Source of the DNA: Negaprion brevirostris | Taxonomy: Eukaryota | DNA: 64,000 nucleotides | Direction: 5' to 3' | Assembly: GCA_030324005.1 (NCBI GenBank) | Contig: JARDVH010000097.1 | Span: 40,870,448 to 40,934,447, forward strand | Shown here: in pieces, positions 25,936-40,499 of the stretch | How the letters are laid out: the number at the start of each line of letters is the position of its first letter | Numbering within the stretch: the stretch's first letter is position 1 | Translations under genes and position numbers: made by a program | The notes under the pieces: generated by a model | Seen by the model: only the letters and a program-made list of their open reading frames with translations | Told to the model about the DNA's origin: nothing | Databases searched by the model: none

Positions 25936-26829
25936 CCAGGACCAAACAGCAAAGGTAATAGTGGGGCTGTGAGCATCAGAAAGAGAGGCAGTCCTTTGGC
26001 TTTGGACACTATGCTGCAAGGCCCGGGAGGCGGAGGTTCTGTCCTTGCTGCATGTCGCATACAACATGCTGTGTAGGGTGTGTTCTTACACATTTGGGTC
26101 CTGTGGTTTGGTGACTTGGCTGCAAATAGCACAGTTACAGTCAGGGGAGGGGATGGGAAATGGGACAACTAAAAGGAGGCACTCAGCAATCTCATGAGGG
26201 CGGTTTCAGTAGGCCATTGTACTTGGGACCTCAAGATGGGGAGGTTGAGGTTGACATGTGGCACCCAGAGAAAACATTTTGAGGGAGGACAGGGAGATCT
26301 TCCTCTCCAGGATTAAAGGGGAAGGCAGAAGAGTGATTGGAGGGGGGAAGTTATAAATCATGCTCTTCTGTAATGAAAGAGCGTCTTGGAAAGTTATGGG
26401 TTGTGATGGTTGGAAGCTGCTCTCATAAAGAAATGGAGCAACAACATTTCACCAGACAATGGAATGATGCGTTGAAAAATAACCTAGGAGAAAGATTGCT
26501 AGAGTTGGGGTCTGAGGGCTTGTGGGAAGAGTCAACTATTGTACTTTTGGCAGACTAATGGGTGACCCCAATAGATTCTACTTTGGGCCATAGAGAACAA
26601 GATTCAGTTAAAACATGTTGGAACAGTCAAATGGCAATTAAAGAGTTTGGGCACCTTAACTCACTTAACATATTCTTGTGAGAACCTACCCTGGCTCTGG
26701 GCCAAATGTTGATTATTACTCTCTTAGGAATGTGCAAAGGTCACAAGGACCAAATTATAAATAGGCAATGACTAAATTACATATGCAAAAAACCTCTACA
26801 TGAGTGGGGAGGCGACGGCCTAGTGTTAT

Positions 26830-28075
26830 TATAGAAACTTAGAAACCAGAAGCAGGAGTAGGCCATTCAGCCCTTCGAGTCTGCTCCGCCATTCATATTG
26901 ATCATGACTGATCATCAAATTTAATATCCCAATCCCCCCTTCGCCCCATTTACTTGATCCCTTTAGCCCCAAGAGCTATCGCTAATTTTTTCTTGAAATC
27001 AGACAATGTTTTGGCCTCAACTCATTCTGTGGTAGTGAAATCCACACATTCACGACCCTGTGGGTGAAGAAATTTCTCCTATCTCAGTTCTAAAAAGTTT
27101 ACCCCTTATCCTCAAACCATGACCCCTGGTTCTGGACTCCCCCACCATTGGGAACATTCTTTCTGAATCTAAAATGTTTAACCCTGGTAGAATTTTATAA
27201 GTTTCTATGAGATCCCCTCTCATTCTCCCAAACTCCAGTGAATATAATCCTAGCCAACTTGATCTCTCCTCAAATGACAGACCTGCTATCCCAGGAATAG
27301 CTAGCTGTACACCTTCGCTGCATTCCCTCTATAGCAAGGACATCCTTCCTCAGATAAGGATACCAACACTGCACAAAATACTCCAGGTGTGGCCTCACCA
27401 ATTTCTTATACAATTTCAACAAAACATCCCTATCGCTATACTCAAATCCTCTCGTTACGAAGGTCAACATACCATTTGCCTTCTTTACTGCCTGCTGTAC
27501 CTGCATGCTTACTTTCAGTGACTGATGCTTGAGGACTTGTTTAATATCTATCCACCTCTCTCAATTTACACCCATTCAAGTAATAAATTGTCTTCCTATT
27601 ATTATACCAAATTAGATAACCTCACATTTATTCACATGTACTGCGTCTACCGTGCACATGCCCACATACTCAGCCTATCCAAATCATGCTGAAGAATCTC
27701 TGCATCTTCCTCACAACTCACCTTCTCACCCAACTTTGTATCACCTGAAAATTTGGAGATAATACATTCAGTTCCCTCTTCCAAATCTTTGATATACAAT
27801 GTGAACAGTTGGGGTCCAAGCACAGATCCCTGTGGAACCCCACTAATCACTGATAGCAATCAGAAAAAGATCCACTCATGCCAACACTTTGCTTCCTGTC
27901 TGCTAACCAGCTATCCAACCATCTCAAGACATTACCTGCAATCTCATGTGCTTTAATTTTACATAATAGTTTGTTATGTGAGACCTTGTCGAAAGCCTTC
28001 TGAAAGTCTAAATAATTACATCCACTGGCTCGCCTCGGTCAATTCCACTAGTTATATCCCCTTAAAATTCCAAAG
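26830..28075 (-). mobile_element. CR1 (HER1-like) LINE, 5'-truncated, RT through 3' tail
   Basis: SGVPQGSVLGPQLFTLYI.DL...CIISKF..DTKLG and QAVKKANGML.F..RG.EY...LYK.LVRPHLEY.VQ.W.PYLRKD. Tandem (tttcta) tail. Confidence 0.92.
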
Positions 28076-28574
28076 TGGGTTCCCACTAAACATGTGAGAT
28101 TGACATTGAATAGACTACAGTGCAGCAATAAACAAAACTACAAGGCCTCTTGATATGACCCTCTGATGCAAGCCTAAAATATGCATTGCCCAACCACAAT
28201 GTTGATAGAGCAAGAGACTTTGTTCTTGTTGCTGGTGTAGGATAGAAAGGTGGCTCATTGTATTGAGATGGTGCAAAATGCCATAGTCCTGAGAGACATT
28301 GTGGAAGATAAGTGAAAAGAAGAGAGCATTAGAAATACTTCTATATCCTTGAGGCATTGGACCATTTGGAAGAGCCATTCACTAGATGAGACTTTCAGTT
28401 AAGCAAAATATATTTACAAATGTGCAAAGTATCGAGTGAGTGAAACCCTTGTTAACATTGTGCTCTCATTAACTTTTCATACCCTACTGCTACTACTAGA
28501 TGCAACTCTGGTATCCACAGCATAGATAGAGGCAGCTTGCTGATGACAATGTTCTGTTACTAGATATGGTGCCA

Positions 28575-29450
28575 GTCAAGAAGGGTTCTTTGTCCTGGAT
28601 GGTGTCAAGCTTCTTGAGTGTTGGAGCTGCACTCACCCAGACAAGAGGAGAGTATTCCATCACAGTCCTGACTTGTGGCTTGTTGATGGTTCAGGGTTCG
28701 CAGAGTCAGGAAGTGAGTTGCTTGCTGCAGGATTCCTCACCTCTGACCTGCTATTGTAGACACATTCTTTACGTGGCTAGTCCAGTTCAGTTTCTGGCCA
28801 ATGGTAACCTCCAGGGTGTTGATAGTGGGAAATTTGTGATAGTAATGCTGTTGAATATCAAGGGGCAATGGTTAGATTGTCTCTTGTTGGAGATGGCACT
28901 AGTGAGGTGTAAATGTTACTTGCCACTTTTCAGCCCAAGCCTGGATACCGTCCAGGTCCTGCAGTATTTGGATATGGAGTGCTTTGGTACTTAAGGAGTT
29001 GCAAGTGATGCTGTACATTGTGTAGTCATCAGCGAACATTCCCATTCCCAGCTTTATGAGGTTTTACACCCAGAGCAGGGGTAGAAGATACCACAGCAGG
29101 TCTCTCTCTCCATCATCTATGCACAGTGGCAATTATGCACAGTGGCAACTCACCAAGCTTTCTTAGACAGGTCCTTTCAAACCCAGGACCACTACCATCT
29201 GGAAGGACAAGGTCAGCAGATATATAGGAACACACATCACCTGGAAGTTCCCCTTCACGCTACTCATCATCCTTACTTGATTGACATTCTTTCCCCATTG
29301 CTGGAACTCCCTCTCTCAAAGCACAGTGGGTGTACCTGCACCATATGGACTGCAGCAGTTCAAGTAGACAACTCACCACCACCTTTTCAAGGGCATTTAG
29401 GGATGGGGAAGCCTAATCAGCAACTCCAATATTCCATGAATGAATGGAAA
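28575..29450. mobile_element. Two opposed fragments of the 3093-type LINE (28575-29055 minus, 29100-29450 plus)
   Basis: The first is the reverse complement of 3093-3460 extended to a FADD motif (gtcatcagcgaac). The second matches about 3500-3890. Confidence 0.7.
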
Positions 29451-31669
29451 GCAGATATACACACATATCCACAACACTTGGCACATCTTGAGGAAGTATC
29501 TTTTACCTGGTCGTGACAGTATTAAGTCAACTCAATATATCTGCACCCAGAATATAAGGATATATAGGGTATGTTTTGGAAAATAATGTTCAGCTCTAAG
29601 TTTCTATATAATCTGTTGTAAATCAACCTTAATATAATTTATGATTACGAATTACTGTAGTGTGTGAACATTTTATAAAAATGAAATAGGTTGCCTATTC
29701 ACTATTGAGTTTTAAATATTAAATTGGGATTTGATAAGAGTTGTTTTGTTTCATACGGAACAATGATTTTATAAAATTTTATATGGGCTCCTTCAGCATG
29801 ACTTTAGTAAAAATGTGCTACATACTAAGGCAGCATATGACAGTGTCACAATAGGATGCTATAGTTCAGCCTCAATCTAACATGTGCAAATTGAGCTAGT
29901 AATAGCAACTATTGAGTTTTGAAATGAAAACATTTATCACCTTAGGAGATCTCCTAAACTGCACGAATCTCTCTATGAATGTTCTCTTAATTTCAGTTAC
30001 TGTTGCGGTAATACTTGGAAATTTTTGCTTGACTTGCACTACAGTTTAAAATCATGGTCTTCTGGTGCTTCCTACTGGCATAGAACATTTATAGATCATG
30101 TCTAAAATGTTCTTAAATGAATAAAACCAGGAATGATGACACAGTAGTGTTAAATAGAAATGAACAAATATTTAAACATAGGGTCAGTGGGTATATTTTA
30201 TAAACTTCATATCATTTGCCTGAAATCTTTTCTAACTTGGGGACTGACAAACATGGCAATAACTAATGTCAACCACCATGGAAAGCCTGAGAACAGATTA
30301 GGCAGTGATCTGTAGCCAATGGCAGAGCAAGCAGGGCACATTCATGGTGTTTCTCCCCCAGCAAATACAATGGTTCCTTTTGCCTTCAAAGAACTTATTG
30401 TAAATCCCTTATAGGACTGTGTCCTTCATTGATTTTTGCTGCCAGAAGTTTTTGATATGAAATAAAAAAAAAATTGACTCGATGAAGGAATCTCATTGCA
30501 CAACAGGGAAACAAAGTACCTTGTGTTAAAAACTGAAAATTTAAAATCAATTTCAACAATCCATTGAGACAAATATGATGTTACTTTACTGGAATACGTT
30601 TAAACAAGAAAAAATGCCCATACACTGTTGATTTTCTGTATCTAAATACTGTCAGCACTGCATGCATTTTCAACACACACTGAAGGCAATGAATATTATT
30701 ATGGTAAATGGGATAACAATTGTGTTACATGAACTAGTTAGTTTTTTATGACTGGCTGCTCTTCATAGTGAGGAAAAATAGTATCACAGTGAATAAGACA
30801 GTTTTAAACTTTGTTCGTTGGTATCACAATTTAGCATTCTCACATCAGGTAATGCAAGAATCCAGTGCTGACAAAGATCATCTCAGTTCTGCCCCAATTA
30901 ATTTACCTAAGCCCAACCTCTGAACAGAAGCCCTTGCTCTACAGAATCCACCATTGCCATATTTTTACTTGGCAAATGACCTACATCTAAGGTTTCTTGT
31001 AATGAGGCTTTCAATCAATGTGTGTTCAAGTATGTGTAGCTTTGAGAAGCATGTAGTTGGGAATTGGGCTGAATTAATTTCTAAACACAATTTCCTTGGT
31101 ATGCCTACAGCAAGCAAAAGCCAGAATGTTACCCTATTGAACAGGACACAGGCTCTGATGAGATTCTGCTCTTAAGTGAGATCAGGTTGCCACACTTACT
31201 CCCCACAGCTCCATTCATTTTGTTGCATTTCCTGTGGAGGATTTTATGCTGTACATTTTTATTATATTAACAGGTTGCACCAGATTGCTGGTTTGAATTG
31301 AACAATTATAGACATGCATTAGGATATTTTCCAACCATAAGTTTCTTTTCCTGATAGAGAACACAAATGAAAATAACATTTACTCCCAATATTTAGCTTT
31401 TTTCTCCCTTTTAAATAATATATATTTCAATGTAATTCCAACAAAGGAAGGAACAAAGATAATTCAAAATACAGGCATTTGTTTCTTAATATATTGAATG
31501 GGCAAAAAAAGTAACAAAATATGCAAGAAAAAGTAAAAGCTGTGATTTTGCAGAAATTCACAAAATGTCACACTTAAAAGTTTAAAATCTGATTTTGAAG
31601 CTGCAATAACTTCAAGTTAACAGTCATCTGACATAGTGATGTTGATCCTGAAAGTTACACTGCCCTTAC

Positions 31670-32035
31670 AGGAGATCTGAAAGAGATGCTCAAAATCTTG
31701 AGGGGTCTAGACAGAGTAGCTAGGAAGGTACTATTTCCAATGACAGCAGGGTCAAGAACTAGGGGACACCAATTCAAGGTGATTAGCAAAAGAAGGTGAT
31801 AGGAGGGAAAACATTTTTATGCCAAATGGTAGAGATCTGGAATGCACTGCCTTAAAGTGCAGCAGAAGCAGATTCATTTGTAGCTTTCAAAGGAAAATTG
31901 GGCATTTACCTAAAGAGAAGAAAATTGCTGGGCTGTGGGGAAAAGCCAGTGGCTCTGGACCAGCTGAGTAGCTCTTACAGAGCCTGCAGGGACGCAATGG
32001 ACCAAATGGCCTCCTTATGTGCTATAACAATTCTA
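31670..32035 (+). mobile_element. CR1 3' fragment
   Basis: ggagatctga...aaaatcttgaggggtctagacagagt...ctggaatgcactgcct. Confidence 0.7.
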
Positions 32036-32775
32036 AAACTCAAAGCATCTCTGAAGGACAAAGACACACCACATTTCCATCTTTGATATTGTCAGTAATC
32101 CTGTCCATATTCCTTGTGCTGTATTTTGCAATTAATTTGGCTGATTGATCCAGAGTAACACAAGCTTTACTGCTAAATTATCATAGAAATTAGCTGATAT
32201 ATACTTTAGATTATTTGCTGGAGTTTTGTTCCAACTTTGACTGACAATTATACGAAGAACTGATCTAAACTAGCAGATATTCACAAAGACCCCATACACA
32301 GAATGTCAAATTAGAACTGAAAAGTGGGACCCAATCTAGATAATTGGAATACAGAATAAACAGAAGATGTAACAACAAATGGGCTCTGTTGATCAGAAGG
32401 CTGAGCCTTCTTTACAAAAATATATTACCTATGAGATCAAACGAGGTTTGAAAAGAACATAATACACTTTAGTTCAAAGATTTTTACTCTCAATTTTAAT
32501 TTTAAATTTCCCTTAGCCCAGTTGTAGAATAATATATTCACTAGACCTTACCGACATGATAAATTGCATTGAACAAAAAACAATTTGGGTGGATTTTCCA
32601 TTCTTCCCACAGACAAGACAGGATCTTCTGATCCCATCAAAGGTGACACTCCCCATTCCTCCCAACCCCAAGCAGGCTCCCTGGCAATGGGAAGGCAAGC
32701 TATCAAAATGCCAGAGGACTTAAGCAGGTCTGGAGGATCGTGCCAACAGCCAACAGTGGGTTACCTCTGCCATCG

Positions 32776-32776
<1 letters not shown>

Positions 32777-32846
<70 letters not shown>
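32777..32846 (+). repeat. (TG)35+ microsatellite running into a 540-N assembly gap
   Basis: Perfect TG dinucleotide run, directly visible. Confidence 0.98.
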
Positions 32847-33483
32847 NNNNNNNNNNNNNNNNNNNNNNNNNNNNNNNNNNNNNNNNNNNNNNNNNNNNNN
32901 NNNNNNNNNNNNNNNNNNNNNNNNNNNNNNNNNNNNNNNNNNNNNNNNNNNNNNNNNNNNNNNNNNNNNNNNNNNNNNNNNNNNNNNNNNNNNNNNNNNN
33001 NNNNNNNNNNNNNNNNNNNNNNNNNNNNNNNNNNNNNNNNNNNNNNNNNNNNNNNNNNNNNNNNNNNNNNNNNNNNNNNNNNNNNNNNNNNNNNNNNNNN
33101 NNNNNNNNNNNNNNNNNNNNNNNNNNNNNNNNNNNNNNNNNNNNNNNNNNNNNNNNNNNNNNNNNNNNNNNNNNNNNNNNNNNNNNNNNNNNNNNNNNNN
33201 NNNNNNNNNNNNNNNNNNNNNNNNNNNNNNNNNNNNNNNNNNNNNNNNNNNNNNNNNNNNNNNNNNNNNNNNNNNNNNNNNNNNNNNNNNNNNNNNNNNN
33301 NNNNNNNNNNNNNNNNNNNNNNNNNNNNNNNNNNNNNNNNNNNNNNNNNNNNNNNNNNNNNNNNNNNNNNNNNNNNNNNNNNNNNNATCAGAAGAGGAAG
33401 ATTAATCATGCTCCTGGCATTGACAGGTTCTGCGTCTCACAGTACTATGTATCTCTATTTTAGTCTCTTTTCTAAAAAGTTTA

Positions 33484-33693
<210 letters not shown>

Positions 33694-36600
33694 TTACCAT
33701 AGCAATGTCAAACAGAACAGGGAAAGATCACTATGTTATGACTAAAACCAGCAATTTCTGAACTAGACAAGCCCTTAACTTTGTCATAAATCAACTTTCG
33801 TTTTTTAACCAAGATTAGTCATGTTTTAGGTTTGTTCATAGCCATTAAATAAAGACCAAAGTTGAATTGATTCACCTGTGACTACTGCTTTCAGTGGGGA
33901 AGATCAACGGCTACAATGAACAGATTTTGTCACACAATGAGATGCATAACAACTAGAACTGCCTGCTAGTTTTTGCATGTTAAAGAGCTCCACTGCTAAT
34001 AGACTGCCGTGCTGATTGAACAATTGTCATGGAAAATGAAAAGACTTACTCCACATATCAGAAATAAAGGTCAGTGCAATCTACTATTTATGTCACATTC
34101 TTGTCATGTTTTCTCTCCACTTCACTGGCCTCACAGAGGTGATGAGGCTGGCATTAATGCAATCAATCATTCTTTAACACATCTCAAAAGCTAATACTTC
34201 CTGTATTGGCATTTTGTTTTACAGACAAGCAAGCTTATATCAGAAAAATGAAGGTTTTATCTAAACAAATCACCTGCAAAAGGTTGAGGACCTTGTTGAC
34301 CTTTATTTATTGTATTTAATTTTATATGGAATCATTGGGTCTGGAGATCACCTGTCATTTAAAGCAAACAACTTATCTAAATATTCCTTGAATTCAATGT
34401 TAGATAATTTTGCCTCAAAAACCTATACTTGGAAGCAAGAAAATAAAGTGATCATGAATGCATTTCCCGTATGATATAGTGTGGTTTGGTCAATAACCAA
34501 CAGAACAAAGCATCAGAAAAGGAACTCAATGTTGATACATTAGTTTTATGCAAATATTTGAAGATAAGTTTAACACAACAAATCTTAAATATTTTATTCT
34601 AGCTATGCTACTGAGATGACTTTATCATGTCAAATATTATGTATTTATGTATTAAAAGCATTACAAGTATTGTGCCCTGAATTTTCACCATGACAAAAGT
34701 AATAAGTTGTCAACATCCTCTCCTGTTAGTTTTGATCATGTGATGGCAGTTTCAGTGTGGCCTTGTTGTCCACATAATAGGTTATAGCTGAGGTGTCGGA
34801 GACCAGATCCAGAAGTTCCTAAACCCAGAATCTACCATTTACATGGGACAGGGAGAGCAAGGAGGGGCAGCAGATTGTAGCTTTCACATCCACGGTTCAC
34901 GTATTGAAGTGCAGCTGGGATGTCCAAAACATGACGTGTGGGCTTTGGACTGTGCAGAAGAACATCAAAAGATGCCCGAGTTCTTTGCAGAGGTAGGGTA
35001 CCCTTTTGGAGAGATAAGATACCCTTTATGGATGGATCCAGAGACATTTAGAGGAGAGGTCAGGTGCTTTTTGGGCGATTTCAAGTGACCTTTTGGAGAC
35101 GTAAAATGCCCTTTGAGATTGTTGAAAGAAGATATGAATATGCACAAAAATTGGATAAACTGATTGCAACTGTCAAGATTATTGTAATTGTCAAGCTGAC
35201 AAAGGATTTAAATCTCCTGACCTTTATTTTTTTACTCACTGCTGTGCAAAAGAAAATCAGTGCTTGCTGTTTAGTCTCATACATTATTCAATGTCGGTTG
35301 ACCTAAAGCTGAGCCTTATCATATGATTTGTGCTGCTTGACGGATTTCACAACCTACTGTTATCGGAGTCGTGTGCCTGTCAGTTCACAGTTTGAGATAC
35401 TTCAGCAGGCTGTGGAAAAGGCCCACTTGCCTGCCAAGTGCTTAGACAGTCTTTAAAATGAGGCTATGAATATAAATGTTTGTTTTCATAAGAAGTAGCT
35501 GAAAGGAGGCAAGTGTAGTGAATGGGTTTTTAAACATTGACCTCATCAACAGACACTTAAGAACTTTATTTTATTTAATCTCGGTATGGATTGTGAGCTC
35601 TTCCTGTGATGAATACTGGGTGAGTTGACATGGAGAGTCTGATGGCAAAGGGTCGTGGGCAGTGGACATGGGTTGACATGGACAGTATGAAAGGCCAAGA
35701 AGGCCAGGTGGAAAAGCAAGAGCAGGTAGGAGGGAATAAGGGGCCATGGGGGAATGGGGAGAGGGTCATAAGTTAGCACAGAGAGTATGAAGGGTCATGG
35801 ATGATGGTAGGTGGCATGAGGTGACATAGGTTGACATGGATGAGGCACAGGGGTATGTGAGGCAGTCAGTGGTGGTGAGGATCGGAGGGCTTTTTTATTA
35901 TATTGCTTTTTGTAAGAGCTGTATTAAAAGTGCTGGAGTACCAAGGTGGGCCTTTTCCACAGCCTGCCTCTGCACCCAATGGCTCCTTGTGGCAGTCTCC
36001 AAACACGTTCTGGGGACAGCAGGCATAGCTCCAGTTATCACTTGCATTCCTACCCACTAACATGGAATGAAAATCCCACTGTCCAGAGAACTTCCTCCCA
36101 AGTTGAGTTTGCAGAACCAGAAATTTTCCTTTCTGCTGTTTTGAATGCATAAATAATGTTAAGGTAAGCTACAGAAGGCTGAAAATTAATGGGCTTCTTC
36201 AACTGAAAGCCTGAACCAAGTTAAAAAGAAACATTTATTGGCTTATTAATATCATGATCTAAATAACAAATACAGCAAAGATTCCTTTTTTTTAACTAGT
36301 TTTAACTAATGCCATTGCATTTTGAGGGGCACAGACTAACTGTGTTACATGAAAGGCAAGAAGCACTTGTGCAAGTCTATGAACAGTATGTGCAAGCAAA
36401 CAGATTTAATCTTTACTTCATTTTTACATAATAGAATTCATGATATATTGAAAAGGCTCAATGAAGGAGCAGCCAATACGGTGAAATGGGTAGATATGGA
36501 GCTAAACTATATGAGGTGTCAGATTCCTCAATCCCCCTCCACAGCTGAAGAGTTGGGTGCAGGGAGACCACCAATAGAGGACTCTGGATGCCCCAATGTT

Positions 36601-37529
36601 ATTTAAATTGGCCATTCATAGGCTGAAGGCAGTCTGCCATCCTGCTGGATTAGGCAGTCCTGTCTCAAAGAACAGCTGGCTAATCAGAGGCTCTCGAGGA
36701 CTATGAGAAGAAGCATGCGACATTGGATCAGGATTTTGGCACGTGTTACTGGGGGTCACATGTATGCTGATCGCATATCAATCAATCAACCCCCACCCCA
36801 CCCACCCACACACATAGTGTACCAATCACCTCAGCTCCAACCTATTATGTTGACAATGATGACACACTGAAACTGCCTTCACATGACCAAAACTAACAGA
36901 AGAGTAGTTGCCACTTTATTACTCCATGAGAGAATTGGACAAGAAAATTTAGGACCACCAACACATCATCCAACAAGAAGAAAGGCACTTTGCATCAAAC
37001 AGACAGTCACCTCGGGCAGTAAAGAGGGGCTCATTTGTTTTCCCCTCAAGATTTCTTCCCTACAGAAGCTCAGTAACAATTTTGCATGAAAAACACAAAC
37101 TTTCAACCTTCATTTGGTCTTCAAAGAACCAAAAGAAAGAATCCTCAGGCCTGTATTACTTCTCATCTGAAAGGATTGGTTAAGAATACGTGACTTGTTT
37201 TTTGTTACTCTGTCAGTAATCTGACTAATAATCTAGTAACAGTTTGTTTCATTTCTAGAATTCATCTTGTTTTGTGAATAAGTTTGCCTGTGTTTGAGGG
37301 AGTAGGTGTTTCATTGCCTTTAATTTTCAATTGTTGCGTGGATAAACAGTTGTCCTTTCTTTTGATTTAAACTCATCACAAAGCCTGCTTATTGCTATTC
37401 CTTAAAATCACAACACTCAAAAGGTTTAAAACATACTTTCTAAAAATATATCTTCTTGTGGTCAGCTGACAGGTGAGAAAAAAAGGGGAAAAGTTATCCC
37501 ACCAGCTCTCCCTAGATATTAATGGCTTG

Positions 37530-38320
37530 GGTTAAGAGGCTATAATTTTAACATTTGCAGCTGACAAAAGACTTGGAAGGACTGTAATGAATAATGTATG
37601 AGAGGTAGATAGTGATAGACTTTAAGAGGACTTGGGGTTGGTTGAATGGATGGATACTTGGCAAATGAAATTTAATGCAGAGAAATGTGAAGTAATTAAT
37701 TCTTGTAAGAACAATGAGGAGTGATAATATAAAACAAAGGAAACAGTTCTAAAGGGAGTGCACAGAGGGACTTGTGGATATATTGTTGAAGGTGCAAGGA
37801 CAGGTTTTTGGGCTTTATAGAGGCATAGTCTACAAACACAGCAAGATTATAATGGACCTTCATAATATATTGGTTTGGCCTTAACTGGAGTATCTTGACA
37901 AAGACTGGGCAATGCGCTTTAGGGAAGGATAGGACAACTTTAGAGATGGTACAGAAAGGGATTATGAGAATGTTTCCATGGATGAGGGACTTCAGTTATC
38001 AGATAGATTGAAGAGGTCAGGGCTGTTTTTAGAGAAGATCTGATAGGATGTGTTTTAAATCAGGAGGACTCTTAACAAAGTTCCCATTGGCTGTAAGGTT
38101 GAGAATGAGAGGATGCAGAATTAAGGTGAGTGGCAATCCAACTAAGGACCACACAAGATGCTAGTACCTTTCAAAAGGGACTTGGAAAACAACTGAAGAG
38201 AACAAATGTGGAGGCTTATGAGGAAAAGCAAACAAGTGGCACTACTTGAATTGCTCTTCATTGAGATGGCATGGACTCCACTGGCCCCGAGGCCTCTTTC
38301 TGTATTGTAACCATTCTAAC
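37530..38320 (+). mobile_element. Old CR1 RT/3' fragment
   Basis: FAADKRLG and W.DTWQMKFNAEKCEVI-like coding, heavily mutated. Confidence 0.75.
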
Positions 38321-40499
38321 TCAATAACTTACTGGACAGATTTCCAACAGGGTTTGGAAAATTTTATGCACAGGTTTACATCAATGATGAAGGATTGATG
38401 GATCTGTTATATGATACATTATTAGATGTATCATGTCAGCTAACTAAAAAAGCAACTTGGCTGTGGAAAAAAATGTCTTAGCATCAGTTAATTGTCAATC
38501 AACTTAATAGTTGATTGTCAGCTTTGAATAAATCAAGTGATTTCATTGTTATTTGTGAACTACTGGTTTGTAATCATTTGATATTCTTATCTGTCTTTGA
38601 TTAACTCAATAGATATTGATTATTTGAGTCAATCGGATGTGATAGGCGCTTGGCACAAGTAAAACTTTCAAGCATGATGGACATTTCCCATGCATTAGAG
38701 TTGCGTGCCAAATGTAAGAATAGGAAAATATTAATAAAAATAATCTAAGAAAATACTCATGACAGATTAATTGTATTTTTCTAGACTTACTTATTAAATC
38801 AGTTGCTTTTATCAATCAATATCACTACACAAATCAGAATTTTTAAAATTGTTATCAAAAAGCTCTAAATGTAAATGTAAACAGATAATTCAGAATAATT
38901 CATTGTCATTTGAATTGGCCGCCACCTACGTTGTCGCAAAGTGTGTGACAAAGAGGATGCCACAATGATTGATTTTTCAATTATGTTAAATATATTTTCT
39001 CCACATTAACAGCACTATAAGGTTCTGTACACTGGTAAAATCAAACCAATCGATTGGTATTCTCTGCAGAGACATTCAATGGCATACTTGAAAAAAATTA
39101 GTCAATGCCTACTAATATCTTGTAAAGAAGTGATTTGCGTTCAGTGAAAGGACGTAAACTAAGTTTTTAATCCAGGAGCTGAACTGCCATTCCAGCACTG
39201 AGTTGCTAAGAACGGTTTGGAAAACAACCTGACGTAACATCTATTAACCAAACTGTGAAATAAGTTAGAATAACGCAAGTGGAAAAACCTTTTCCGTGCT
39301 TTTGGTTAAGATCCTTTTTTCAGTTTTCCCCTTACCTCTATATCTACAGTATTTACGATATGGAGGTAAAATTCTTCACAAGCTATTTCCATTGCTTTCT
39401 TCCACTTGCTTAATTTCAAACTAAAGGTCTAATCACTGAACAGGCTAACAATGGATCTGATAAAAATTCCACCCTGGAAATGTTAACTTATTTGTCTTCT
39501 CCACAGATGATACCTGAACTGCTGAGTGTTTCTAGCATTTTCTATTTTTGTTTCAGATTTCCAGCATTTTTTTTTGTACACTGCTCGCCATTTTTAATCT
39601 CAATCCCCTGCCAATTCTGCTTGGTATTGATCTCTGCAAGATGCGCAAGAGGAAGTTGAGGAAATTGATCCTTAAAAGTGAGCTGAGTAGCTAGCTCAGA
39701 TGGTTGGAGCATGGTGCTAATGTTACTAAAGCCCTGCAATGGCTAGTAAAGCTTTGCATCCTGCAAGCCCTTTTAGTTTTGCAGGCACAGGCAGGAAATA
39801 GAGTTGAAGCCATGATCTGATCAGCCATGATGTTATTGAAAGACAGAGCAAATTCAAAGGGCCAAGTAGCCTGCTCTTGCTCCGATTCCTCATGTTGTCA
39901 CCTCTGCTTTCTATGTAGAAATGTCGAAACAACAGAATATTAATATTACATTAACATCCTTTGACCTTAATAAAACTTCAGCACCATTCAGTATTATTCA
40001 TCAATTTTGGATAATACTTAATGCAATGTATGCTTGCTTTGTTCAACTATAAATGTGAGAGTTAACTGATTATCAGATGAAGTATATAAATCATGTTGTG
40101 ATACAATATTATTTCCTGAACTGAACACATGCTACCTTCATGAAGGATAAAATACAATATTTTTCTTCCTCTGTGACACCTTTCTCTGAAAATTCTTTTG
40201 AAATCAGCTAGATTTCAAGCGAGACAGCATCACAGAGGGTTGAAAGCTAGCTTGCAGTGAGATGATTAAAATATGTAACACAAAGATTCTTTTTTGCAGC
40301 CAGCAGTGTGTAAAAAGATTTATATCATGTATAGGACCTGGATATGCTGTAATTGTATTCCTGAGATAATGTGCATTCAGTAAGTTAAAAGCCTTTGCGC
40401 TTCTGATGTTCTGTGTTAATTAATCTTTGTAAGCAGTTTGTTACATTTATTAAAAAATAACAATGTTTTGATGTAACAGATTTTCCAAAATCGTACTGA

